A stretch of 64,000 bases of DNA from Pedobacter sp. (GTDB taxonomy: Bacteria > Desulfobacterota > Desulfuromonadia > Desulfuromonadales > Syntrophotaleaceae): assembly GCA_050253415.1 (NCBI GenBank), contig JBFWJC010000001.1, positions 416,001 through 480,000 of the forward strand. Direction: 5' to 3'. The position numbers and the translations under genes are program-made. Positions within the stretch are counted from its first letter, which is position 1; every line of letters starts with the position of its first letter. The notes under the pieces were generated by a model, which was given only the letters and a program-made list of their open reading frames with translations, made no database searches and had not been told where the DNA came from. This document shows positions 29,587-38,720 of the stretch, piece by piece.

Positions 29587-30625
29587 AAAGCTTTGCAGTT
29601 TCCTCGATGCTGGAGAGGATATGGCCGTCGCGACCATTCTTACCCGGAGCGGTTCGGCGCCACGCACTGCCGGCACCAAGATGATTATCCGTAACAACGG
29701 CGAAATTTTCGGAACCATCGGCGGTGGCTTGGTAGAGGCCCAAGCCCAGAAAACAGCGCAGGAAATCTTCAACACGCGCCAGTCCCGTACGTTTGTTTTC
29801 GATATGACCGGTGCAAATGCCGACACCATGGACATGATCTGTGGTGGTGAAGTTGAGATCCTGTTGGAATACATTCCCGCCATTGAGGAAAATCGTACGG
29901 TATTTGATGCATGGCAGGATGCGCTGCAAACCGGTCGGCAGTGTCTGTTGGTTACCCCTTTGTCTACGGAAAAGCTTAACCAACCGGCGCAGCGATGTCT
30001 TTTGCACGCAGATGCTTCCTGTTTCGGGCCCGTGCCCTTGCCGAGGGATGTTCGGGAGGCGTTGTTGGCTGAGACTCAGTGCAGTCGTTACCCAACTATG
30101 ATGAACCTGGAGGATCGGCTGTTTTTTGTCGAGCCTAGCTATGCACCCGCAACCCTGTTTCTGTTCGGGGCAGGGCATGTTTGTCAGCCGACCGCCGCCT
30201 TGGCCACGATGGTCGGGTTCAACACCGTGGTTCTTGATGACCGCGAGGAATTTGCCAACCAGAAACGATTTCCCAAGGCGAATCAGATCGTGGTGGTTCC
30301 TACCTATGAAGATTGTATGTCACATCTGGACATCGATGATCACAGCTATTTGGTCATCATCAGTCGCGGCCACCGTCATGATCAGACCCTGTTGCGCCAG
30401 GCCGTGCAGACCGGTGCCGGATATATCGGCATGATCGGTAGTCGCGGCAAGCGGGATAAAATCTATCGCAATCTGCTGGACGAGGGAATTCCCCAGGAGA
30501 CTATCGATAAGGTTTATTCACCGATCGGTATGTCCATCAACGCGGAAACTCCCGAGGAAATCGCTGTCAGTATCGTTGGTGAATTGATCAAGGTTCGCGC
30601 CGAACTGCAGAAAACCGATGACTGA
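29570..30625 (+). CDS. xdhC: XdhC-family Moco maturation factor
   Basis: GSAPR, GTIGGG, MICGG, YIGMIGS, ETPEEIAVSI; TTG start after AAGGAG. Confidence 0.92.
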   Translation: MKQLIEKLCSFLDAGEDMAVATILTRSGSAPRTAGTKMIIRNNGEIFGTIGGGLVEAQAQKTAQEIFNTRQSRTFVFDMTGANADTMDMICGGEVEILLEYIPAIEENRTVFDAWQDALQTGRQCLLVTPLSTEKLNQPAQRCLLHADASCFGPVPLPRDVREALLAETQCSRYPTMMNLEDRLFFVEPSYAPATLFLFGAGHVCQPTAALATMVGFNTVVLDDREEFANQKRFPKANQIVVVPTYEDCMSHLDIDDHSYLVIISRGHRHDQTLLRQAVQTGAGYIGMIGSRGKRDKIYRNLLDEGIPQETIDKVYSPIGMSINAETPEEIAVSIVGELIKVRAELQKTDD

Positions 30626-31760
30626 GTCGTTTGCCGCCATCATACTTGCCGCCGGATTTTCTTCGCGCATGGGCGATTTTAAGCCGCTGCTGCATTTTGG
30701 CGAGGAGACTGCGCTGGAAAAATCGGTACAGATGTTCCGCGGAGCAGGTATTGAGCATCTGCAGGTCATCATTGGCCATCAGGCCGAGTATCTCATCCCG
30801 CTACTTGAAAAGCTTGGCGTCGCCTGGAAAGAAAATCCCCGCTATCAGGAAGGCATGTTTACTTCGGTGCAATGTGCTATGCACTCTCTGCCTGAGCAGG
30901 TTAAAGCCTTTTTCCTGATACCGGTGGATATTCCTCTGGTGCGGACTCAGACTCTGGAGACCTTGTGTCAAGCCTGGCATGCTACCGGCCAGGGGATCAT
31001 TCACCCGGTATTCTGGGGCAAACGCGGCCACCCCCCGCTGATTAGTGCGGACTATCGCGATACGATTCTGCAGAGCCATGGGGAAGGTGGCCTGAAGGCG
31101 GTATTGCTGCCGTTTAGCGAGGATATTCTGGAAATCGAGGTACCGGATGAACATTGCGTCCTCGATATGGATACTCCTCAGGATTATGCCTATCTTCAAC
31201 GTCGCTGGGAGCATTATGCGAGCCCGTCCTATCGGGAATGCGAACATATGCTGGCATACCAATTTGCTGTACCCACCCCGGTTGTTGAGCATAGTCGGCA
31301 GGTTGCCCGGGTAGCCATTACTCTGTCTGACGCGTTGGACAGGAGTCGAGTCTGCCTTGACCGGGAACTGTTGCGGGCCGCAGCCTTGCTGCACGATTGC
31401 TGCCGTGATCAAGAAAATCACGCTGCGGCTGGTGCAAAGGCTTTGTACCAACTGGGTTTCGGGCAGGTGGCCACACTGGTTGAGACGCACATGGATATTG
31501 TCCCTTCGCCAGCCAGCGTGCCGTTGCCGCAGGAGGTGTTGTATCTGGCCGATAAACTGGTTGCTGGCCAGCGGTTGGTTGGCCTGGAAGAACGCTTTGC
31601 TTCGGCATTGGGACGCTTTGCCGGACAACCGCCGGTGCTTGCAGCGGTTCAGCGGCGTCTGGCTGCAGCTACCTGTATTCGTAACAAATGCGAGAGGGTG
31701 TTAAAGCAGTCGCTTGACAAAGTGCTGGCGATGGATGTTTTGCGGACTTTGGAAGGATAA
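30618..31760 (+). CDS. MocA-like nucleotidyltransferase fused to an HD domain (DVU_1551-like)
   Basis: ILAAGFSSRMG..K, GHPP, DMDTP; H..LLHD..H..H..D. Confidence 0.88.
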   Translation: MTESFAAIILAAGFSSRMGDFKPLLHFGEETALEKSVQMFRGAGIEHLQVIIGHQAEYLIPLLEKLGVAWKENPRYQEGMFTSVQCAMHSLPEQVKAFFLIPVDIPLVRTQTLETLCQAWHATGQGIIHPVFWGKRGHPPLISADYRDTILQSHGEGGLKAVLLPFSEDILEIEVPDEHCVLDMDTPQDYAYLQRRWEHYASPSYRECEHMLAYQFAVPTPVVEHSRQVARVAITLSDALDRSRVCLDRELLRAAALLHDCCRDQENHAAAGAKALYQLGFGQVATLVETHMDIVPSPASVPLPQEVLYLADKLVAGQRLVGLEERFASALGRFAGQPPVLAAVQRRLAAATCIRNKCERVLKQSLDKVLAMDVLRTLEG

Positions 31761-31766
31761 TCCGCC

Positions 31767-32420
31767 ATGCCCACGCCAGTTTTCGACAATGATGGCTGCA
31801 CCCTTTACCTGGTACGGCACGGCGATTCCCGGCAGGATCAGGTGAAACGCTATATCGGCCAGATCGATCTGCCCCTTAATGCTGCCGGCCGGACCCAGAT
31901 AAAAGCACTGCAGAGGGAACTGGCCGGGATTGACTTTGCGCACGTCTACAGCAGTGATTTGCGTCGCTGCCTGGAAACGGCCGAAATTATTGCCCGTCCC
32001 CTTGGCAAAAGCATCCGCACGGTGCCGGGTTTACGTGAAATTGCCCTCGGGGAATGGGAAGGCCAGCCGATGGCCAGCATCCGCGAGCGTTTCCCCGAGG
32101 AATATCAGCGCCGGGGCCGGGAGCTTGTAGGATTTTCCCCTCCCGGGGGGGAGAGTTTTCGGGACCTGCAGGAGAGGGTGGTTCCTGCCTTTCTTCAAAT
32201 CATAAGTCGGGCTAGCGGTGCCGTATTGCTGGTTGCACATGCCGGGGTCAACCGGACCATTCTTTGCCACATCCTTGGTCTGCCCCTTGATGAGCTTTTT
32301 CAAGTGCCGCAGGATTTCGGCTGTTTCAATATTATCGAGCGCCGTGGCGAACAACTGACCGTGAAAACCGTTAACCAAATGGGGGGCAACCCTGAACTGT
32401 GCGCTGCCGCGTTCTTTTAA
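31767..32420 (+). CDS. histidine phosphatase (CobC/phosphoglycerate mutase-like)
   Basis: LVRHG, SSDLRR, GES, VAHAG. Confidence 0.9.
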   Translation: MPTPVFDNDGCTLYLVRHGDSRQDQVKRYIGQIDLPLNAAGRTQIKALQRELAGIDFAHVYSSDLRRCLETAEIIARPLGKSIRTVPGLREIALGEWEGQPMASIRERFPEEYQRRGRELVGFSPPGGESFRDLQERVVPAFLQIISRASGAVLLVAHAGVNRTILCHILGLPLDELFQVPQDFGCFNIIERRGEQLTVKTVNQMGGNPELCAAAFF

Positions 32421-32436
32421 GTTAGGAGATCTGCTC

Positions 32437-33243
32437 ATGAAACGTTTTGCGATCCGATTCGGTCAAACCCTGCTTGCAAGCTTACTGTTTGGGTTGTTGA
32501 TCGTGCCGCAGTTTGCCCATGCCGGTCAGCGCACCACGTTGCCGGTTTGCGCGGCAATGAGCCTCAAGGACGCCGTGACGGCTTTGAAAGATATTTACGA
32601 AACGCGCCATCCCGACATGCTGCTGGAGATTAACTTCGCTTCTTCCGGCGCTTTGCAAAAGCAGATTGAGCAGGGTGCCCCCGCAGAACTTTTTTTGTCG
32701 GCCGGGCAAAAGCAGATGGACGCCCTTGAGGCGCAGAAACTGATCGTTAAGGATAGTCGATGCGATCTGCTGGGAAACACCTTGGTGTTGATCGTGGCCA
32801 AAGAAAAGCAGCAACAGATTAAAGGCTTTGACGATCTTCAAAAGAACGCTACCACCTTCGCCATCGGCCATCCTGAATCTGTGCCGGCAGGTCGGTATGG
32901 CAAACAGACTCTGATAACCCTTGGATTGTGGGATCCGATGGAGGATCGCATGGTGCTGGCAAAAAACGTGCGTGCGGTGTTGGCTTATGTCGATTCGGGT
33001 AATGCGGATGCCGGACTGGTCTATCGTACAGATACCCTGAAACTGCAGAGTGCTGTGATCGCTGCCAGTGCGCCGGAACACAGCCATGCTCCCATTATTT
33101 ACCCTGCCGCTCTGGTGACCCATGGCAAACACCCCGAACAGGCCGGAGAATTTCTCGCATTTCTCAAAAGTGACGAGGCTGGCGAGGTTTTCGAACGATA
33201 CCGGTTTTTGCCGCTGAAAACCCAACCGCAGACCGGGAAATAG
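32437..33243 (+). CDS. modA: molybdate ABC transporter substrate-binding protein
   Basis: Signal peptide; AAMSL, ASSG.LQKQIEQGAP, VPAG.Y, NVR, VY.TD. Confidence 0.93.
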   Translation: MKRFAIRFGQTLLASLLFGLLIVPQFAHAGQRTTLPVCAAMSLKDAVTALKDIYETRHPDMLLEINFASSGALQKQIEQGAPAELFLSAGQKQMDALEAQKLIVKDSRCDLLGNTLVLIVAKEKQQQIKGFDDLQKNATTFAIGHPESVPAGRYGKQTLITLGLWDPMEDRMVLAKNVRAVLAYVDSGNADAGLVYRTDTLKLQSAVIAASAPEHSHAPIIYPAALVTHGKHPEQAGEFLAFLKSDEAGEVFERYRFLPLKTQPQTGK

Positions 33244-33350
33244 GCGGAGGGTTTACAGGTCAGGAATGGAACTGAAACAGCGATGCAAACAGATGAAAAG
33301 CGATCGGTTATGGGAAGAACAACTCAGGCTGCGCCTTACGGGGTATTGAT

Positions 33351-34052
33351 ATGAGCGGCCCTATTCTGCTTTCGTTGAAGGTGGCGCTGATCGCGGTGGC
33401 CATCGATGCGGTGCTTGCGACCCTGTTGGCCCGGTTGCTGGCGAGGCGCGAATTTCCAGGGAAAAACCTGGTCGAGTCCTTCATTATCCTGCCGATGGTA
33501 CTGCCGCCGACGGTGCTCGGTTTTGGTCTGCTGATCTTGCTCGGCAAACGTGGCTTAGTAGGCCGGTTCCTGTTGGAGAACTTCGATCTGCAGATCGTTT
33601 TTACCTGGTGGGCGGCTATTTTTGCCGCTGCAGTGGTTTCTTTTCCCCTCATGTACCAGAGTGCCAAGGCGGCTTTTGCCAGCGTCGACGTTGCCCTGGA
33701 ACAAGCCGCGCGTACTCTTGGTAGCAGCGAAAGTCGGGTTTTCCTGCGTATCACCCTGCCGTTGGCTTACCCCGGTCTGATCGCCGGACTGGTCCTGGCT
33801 TTTGCCCGTGCACTAGGCGAATTTGGCGCCACCCTGATGGTGGCCGGCAATATCCCTGGAAAGACCCAGACAATTCCCCTGGCTATCTACTTTGCGGTGG
33901 AAACCGGCGAGAACACTCTGGCGTGGAACCTCGTACTTGTCATTACCGGGCTGTCCATAACGGCGCTTTTCTGGCTCAATCTCTGGGCTCGGAAAAAACA
34001 CCAAGTTTGGCAGAAAGGAGATACGGCCAGTGCTGAACGCCTCCATCCGTAA
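33351..34052 (+). CDS. modB: molybdate ABC transporter permease
   Basis: LPMVLPPTVLG, EQAARTLG, FARALGEFGAT. Confidence 0.95.
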   Translation: MSGPILLSLKVALIAVAIDAVLATLLARLLARREFPGKNLVESFIILPMVLPPTVLGFGLLILLGKRGLVGRFLLENFDLQIVFTWWAAIFAAAVVSFPLMYQSAKAAFASVDVALEQAARTLGSSESRVFLRITLPLAYPGLIAGLVLAFARALGEFGATLMVAGNIPGKTQTIPLAIYFAVETGENTLAWNLVLVITGLSITALFWLNLWARKKHQVWQKGDTASAERLHP

Positions 34053-34791
34053 GGAACTGCCCAATTTCACCGTTGATATTGATCTGCGTTTTGACAACGG
34101 TATCCTGGTATTTTTCGGTCCGTCCGGTTCCGGCAAAAGCACCATTCTCAACTGTCTGGCTGGATTGCAGAAACCGTCGGCGGGCAGGATCCTCCTCAAC
34201 AATCGCGTGTTTTTCTGCAAGCAGCAAAGGATTAATGTCCCGGCGCGACAGCGACGTATCGGCTATGTATTTCAGGATTATGCCCTGTTTCCTCACCTGA
34301 GTGTCAAGGACAACGTTCTGTTCGGCCTGGCCCCAGGACCCGATCGCTGCAAAAAGCGACGTGGCCATCGTATGAGCGTAAGGGAAACTCTTGAAATGCT
34401 GAAGATCATGCACCTTCAGGACCGATATCCAGCCCAACTCTCCGGCGGCGAAAAACAACGTGTGGCGCTGGCCCGGGCCCTGATGATGGAACCGGATCTA
34501 CTCTTGTTGGATGAACCGCTGTCGGCCATCGATGCCCAGATCCGCCGGGAGCTGCAAATAGAATTGAAAAAAATCCAACGAACTTGGGAAATTCCATTTA
34601 TTTTGGTGACACATAGTCACAAGGAAATGGATGCGTTGGCCGACGAGGTTATTTTTCTCAAGGACGGGCAGGCTGCTGATACTGCGGACTGGACGCTACC
34701 GGCCGAAGAAACCACGGATCGGTGGGCTTGGGGCAGTTCGCCTGCTTTGCATGGTGAGGATACCCTGGTCGGTGGTCCTGTCCATATTTAG
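34030..34791 (+). CDS. modC: molybdate ABC transporter ATPase (short, no TOBE domain evident)
   Basis: GPSGSGKS, LSGGEKQR, LLLLDEP. Confidence 0.9.
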   Translation: MLNASIRKELPNFTVDIDLRFDNGILVFFGPSGSGKSTILNCLAGLQKPSAGRILLNNRVFFCKQQRINVPARQRRIGYVFQDYALFPHLSVKDNVLFGLAPGPDRCKKRRGHRMSVRETLEMLKIMHLQDRYPAQLSGGEKQRVALARALMMEPDLLLLDEPLSAIDAQIRRELQIELKKIQRTWEIPFILVTHSHKEMDALADEVIFLKDGQAADTADWTLPAEETTDRWAWGSSPALHGEDTLVGGPVHI

Positions 34792-34853
34792 ACATAAAGC
34801 CTCGATGGCCAATGCCCTTGTAAAATGAAACCCTTTGCAAAAGGAACAGTCGA

Positions 34854-35600
34854 ATGGATTTATTGAAGCAATCCCAAACTAAACTCTTCACGCTTTGTAA
34901 CGACAACCAGTGTGATATCCGCAGCATGGTAACGGTCAGGGTGCTTTCACCTGATGAGGCCATCGGCGCCACGGCCGACAAGGACTTTGTTATCAAAAAA
35001 GGCAAAGAGCGTGTTATTGAGGCCAGTTGGAATGGAGTTCAGGGGCAGGCTTTTACCGATCACCCCAACGACTGGCAGGGCAGCCTCGGCGATCTACTAG
35101 CCCTGGATTTGAGCGGAATTCCCCAGCGCGCGGTGTTTACCGCGGGATTGAACGCCGTGCTGCGGGGATTGCATCAGGCTGAGGGTACGGTTCACTGCAA
35201 GGATGACGAACCGACCCGGTGTGGTGAAGAATTTTGCCTGCAGTTGCATCAACGTTTCGGTGTGCAGCGCTTCGGGTTGATCGGTCTGCAGCCCGCTATC
35301 CTGAATGCCATGGTGGAGGCTTTTGGCTTAGTGAGAATTCGTGTGGCGGATCTCAACGAGGACAATATTGGTGAAAAACGTTGTGATGTGACGGTTTGGG
35401 ACGGGGAAAAGGATCTGGATAAACTGGTCGACTGGTGCCAGGTCGGTGTGGCCACGGGTTCCACGATTGTTAATGGGAGCATCAATGACCTGATGGAAAA
35501 ATTCGCCACCGCGGGAAAACCATTGGTGTTTTTCGGCAATACCATTTCCGGGGTAGCGTCGTTGTTGAATCTGGAACGGATTTGCCCTTACGCCCGCTAG
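34854..35600 (+). CDS. Rossmann-like domain protein (DUF364-like)
   Basis: GQAFTD, TGSTIVNGS, FFG.T motifs. Confidence 0.65.
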   Translation: MDLLKQSQTKLFTLCNDNQCDIRSMVTVRVLSPDEAIGATADKDFVIKKGKERVIEASWNGVQGQAFTDHPNDWQGSLGDLLALDLSGIPQRAVFTAGLNAVLRGLHQAEGTVHCKDDEPTRCGEEFCLQLHQRFGVQRFGLIGLQPAILNAMVEAFGLVRIRVADLNEDNIGEKRCDVTVWDGEKDLDKLVDWCQVGVATGSTIVNGSINDLMEKFATAGKPLVFFGNTISGVASLLNLERICPYAR

Positions 35601-35636
35601 GCCGGTTTCAACCTTAAAACACGGTGATCTGTATCC

Positions 35637-35906
35637 ATGATAAACGATGACGAATTTATTGCCCTGTTTAATTCACCGACACGGGTTCTGAAAGCGGAAA
35701 AAGCTTTAAGAAAAGCCGGGCTTGCCTGCCGACTGATCCCCGCGCCACGGGATGTGGCGGAAGGGTGCGCTCTGGCTTTGCGCTTTGCCGCCGCGGAACT
35801 GCCATCTATCCTATTTGAGCTGGGGCGCCAGGACCTGCTTCCACGGAGAATGTACCAAAAACATGCGGGTTTGTTTACGTCCATTCCGGTTAGCCCTGAG
35901 CCCTGA
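35637..35906 (+). CDS. DUF3343-family putative S/Se carrier
   Basis: F.S...LKAEK, LIPAPR, GCALAL. Confidence 0.8.
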   Translation: MINDDEFIALFNSPTRVLKAEKALRKAGLACRLIPAPRDVAEGCALALRFAAAELPSILFELGRQDLLPRRMYQKHAGLFTSIPVSPEP

Positions 35907-35943
35907 GAACACAATAGCCCTTTTTCAGTTATCGGAGTGGATT

Positions 35944-37092
35944 ATGGCCATTTATCTGGATAATGCCGCAACGACTTTTCCTAAACCCGAAAGCGTCTAC
36001 CGCGCCGTAGATCTTGCTTTTCGTTATCTGGGCGTCAGCCCGGGTCGCGGAAGCTACCAGCTATCCCTTGAAGCGGGTCGTCTGGTGTTGGAGGCCCGGG
36101 AAACCGTTGCCGAGTTCTTTGGTATCCGTGACGCTTCGAGGGTGGTATTTGCCGCGAATGCTACCGAAGCCATCAATATCGCCTTATTTGGATTGCTCCA
36201 GGCCGGAGATCGGGTCATTACCTCTGCCATGGAGCACAATGCCATCAGCCGCCCACTGCATGCCCTGGAGGCACGAGGTGTCGAAGTGGTAAGGGTGCCG
36301 GTCGATGCTTGCGGTCTTATCGATCCCGCTGTTATTCGTGCAACCGTACGCGAAGGTACATGCCCAACACGCATGGTGGTCCTCAGCCACTGTTCCAATG
36401 TTACCGGTGTCTTGCAACCTATCGCGGAAATAGGCAATTGGTGTCGCCGTGAGGGGATCGTGTTTATGGTCGACGCGGCCCAGAGTGCAGGTCAGGTGGC
36501 GATTGATGTTGAAGACATGGGCATTGACCTGTTGGCTGTGCCGGGCCATAAAAGCCTGTTAGGTCCGCAGGGGACAGGGGCGTTGTATGTGGCTGAGAAA
36601 CTGCTCCCGGCGCCACTGATCTGGGGAGGCACCGGTGGTAACTCCATCTCTTCGCTGATGCCGGAGGATTTGCCGGAACGTTTCGAAAGCGGCACGCTGA
36701 ATACCCCGGCCCTTGCCGGTTTGCAGGCTGGTATCGAGTTCGTACGTCAAACCGGTCTGCAAAAGATTCAGCGGCATAAAGCCGCATTATTGGATCAATT
36801 GTCAGGCGGGTTGCATGCGCTGCCTGGCGTCCGTTGTTACAACTCATCAGGTAATTGGCAGCTCGGCGGGGTATTGTCTTTTAATATAGAGGGGCGGGAT
36901 CCGGCGGAAATAGGGTTTTTGCTTGATGAGGAATATGGCATCTGTGTGCGCACCGGTCTGCATTGTGCACCCGATGCGCATCGCAGTATCGGTACCTTGC
37001 CCAGTGGCACTATTCGTGTCAGCCCCGGCCTGTTCAATACCGAAAAAGATATCGATGCCTTGCTGGTTGCCCTGAAGAAAATTATTGCTTAG
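35944..37092 (+). CDS. class V PLP enzyme, cysteine desulfurase family
   Basis: YLDNAATT, EHN, DAAQ, PGHK, ESGT, RTGLHCA. Confidence 0.92.
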   Translation: MAIYLDNAATTFPKPESVYRAVDLAFRYLGVSPGRGSYQLSLEAGRLVLEARETVAEFFGIRDASRVVFAANATEAINIALFGLLQAGDRVITSAMEHNAISRPLHALEARGVEVVRVPVDACGLIDPAVIRATVREGTCPTRMVVLSHCSNVTGVLQPIAEIGNWCRREGIVFMVDAAQSAGQVAIDVEDMGIDLLAVPGHKSLLGPQGTGALYVAEKLLPAPLIWGGTGGNSISSLMPEDLPERFESGTLNTPALAGLQAGIEFVRQTGLQKIQRHKAALLDQLSGGLHALPGVRCYNSSGNWQLGGVLSFNIEGRDPAEIGFLLDEEYGICVRTGLHCAPDAHRSIGTLPSGTIRVSPGLFNTEKDIDALLVALKKIIA

Positions 37093-37153
37093 CGGCAAAA
37101 GGCGGAGGGCCTATGGCCAGGACTGCCCGGTCGCTTTTACGGAGGATAAGCGT

Positions 37154-37951
37154 ATGCGTCTGATCACCAGGGTTCTGACAGCTATGGTGCTGTTCGGGAG
37201 TCTCGTGTTTGTCCCGCTGGCGGGACAGGCCGGTACCCGCCCCATAACTTCATTGCACATCTCTGCCGGAGTCGGTCTCAAAGATGCTCTTTTTGCACTT
37301 CAAAAAATCTATGCGCAACAACAACCTTCTGTGGCGCTTGAGTTCAATTTTGCGGCTTCGGGGTTTTTGCGCAAACAGATTGAGCAGGGAGCGCCTGTCG
37401 ATATGTTTTTGGCGCCGGGTCAGCAGCATGTGCAGGCGTTGCTGGATGGCGGGTTCACCGATTCGCGGCACTGTTGTGCTCTTTTGGGCAACGATTTGGT
37501 GCTCATCGTTGCCAGGGAAAAGCAGTATGATATTAAAGGGTTTTCTGATTTGGTCGAACACGCAAAGAGTTTTACCGTCGGATTGCCGGATATGGTCCCG
37601 GCTGGTACCTACGCTCGCCAGACCCTTGCCTCTCTAGGCTTGTGGGATCAGCTTGAACCACGGATGGTGTATGGCAAGAGTGTGCGCCAGGTGTTGGCTT
37701 ATGTCGAATCAGGCAACGCCGATGCAGGAATGGTTTTTGCCTCCGATGGCTCGCTGCTGAACAGTGCGGTGGTGGCCGCTGTGGCACCACCTGACAGCCA
37801 TGCTTCCATTGTGTTCTCGATGGCGGGGATGCTTGCCAGTCCTCATCCCCGTGCGCTGCGGGAATTTATGGCGTTTTTGCAAGGTGAAGAAGCTGCCGGC
37901 ATTTTTAGGCGATACGGATTTACTCCGCTATACCCCGTGCCAGGGCAATGA
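37154..37951 (+). CDS. modA: second ModA-like oxyanion-binding protein
   Basis: Paralogue of 32437 (QIEQGAP, VPAG.Y, GNADAG); GGAGGA RBS. Confidence 0.85.
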   Translation: MRLITRVLTAMVLFGSLVFVPLAGQAGTRPITSLHISAGVGLKDALFALQKIYAQQQPSVALEFNFAASGFLRKQIEQGAPVDMFLAPGQQHVQALLDGGFTDSRHCCALLGNDLVLIVAREKQYDIKGFSDLVEHAKSFTVGLPDMVPAGTYARQTLASLGLWDQLEPRMVYGKSVRQVLAYVESGNADAGMVFASDGSLLNSAVVAAVAPPDSHASIVFSMAGMLASPHPRALREFMAFLQGEEAAGIFRRYGFTPLYPVPGQ

Positions 37952-38003
37952 TGCCTTGATGTAAAGTGGTCGGCTGATCCCCGGTATTTCCGGCTTTTCT
38001 GGT

Positions 38004-38399
38004 TCAGGGCAGGTCTGGAAAGGGGCTGACAATCTGCCAGGAAGCGTTGCGGTATGCCCATTCCAGGCGGACCTTGAGAGTTTTCAGGGTGTTGGAGGGT
38101 AGGCGGTAATAATCGATGCTTGACCAGGAAACCGCAAGTTCCTGTTGCAGCCCTTCAAATTCTATCCTCTCCGGACGGACCTCCAGCACGCGGATGTCAC
38201 CTCGTTCGGGGAATTTATCCTGAAAATCCTGCAAATACTCGCTATCCATGAAACTGGCGGCACTGCGATAGTCCTGCCATATCAGGCGTAATGCGAATTC
38301 CTGGTTACTGTCACCAAAGGAATCGGCAGGTTTTGGCTTGAGGGCCGGTGAGCAGGACGCTATACACAACACCAGCAAAAGCAGGTATACTCTTTTCAT
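38004..38399 (-). CDS. hypothetical lipoprotein
   Basis: MKRVYLLLLVLCIASC lipobox-like signal; GGGGG RBS. Confidence 0.7.
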   Translation of the reverse strand: MKRVYLLLLVLCIASCSPALKPKPADSFGDSNQEFALRLIWQDYRSAASFMDSEYLQDFQDKFPERGDIRVLEVRPERIEFEGLQQELAVSWSSIDYYRLPSNTLKTLKVRLEWAYRNASWQIVSPFPDLP

Positions 38400-38463
38400 A
38401 TTTATATTTCCCCCGTTTGGGCTATTTTCCAATAATTCTTACCCAGAGAAGCCAATTGTTATC

Positions 38464-38718
38464 ATGAAGAAAATCGAGATCTATACCAAAAGCCATTGTT
38501 CCTATTGCCATCGTGCCAAAGAATTGCTGCACCAAAAGGGTGTCCGTTTCATTGAGTACGATGTCACTGAAGATTCGGGCAAGGAACAGGAGATGCGCGA
38601 GCGTTCCGGGCGGATGACGGTACCGGAAATTTTCATCGATGATGCCCTGGTGGGAGGGTGTGACAACCTGTTCGCCCTCGAGCAGCAGGGGTCTTTGGAT
38701 CGTATGCTGGAAGATTGA
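38464..38718 (+). CDS. grxC: glutaredoxin 3
   Basis: CSYC active site, TVPEIFI, GGCD. Confidence 0.88.
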   Translation: MKKIEIYTKSHCSYCHRAKELLHQKGVRFIEYDVTEDSGKEQEMRERSGRMTVPEIFIDDALVGGCDNLFALEQQGSLDRMLED

Positions 38719-38720
38719 TC

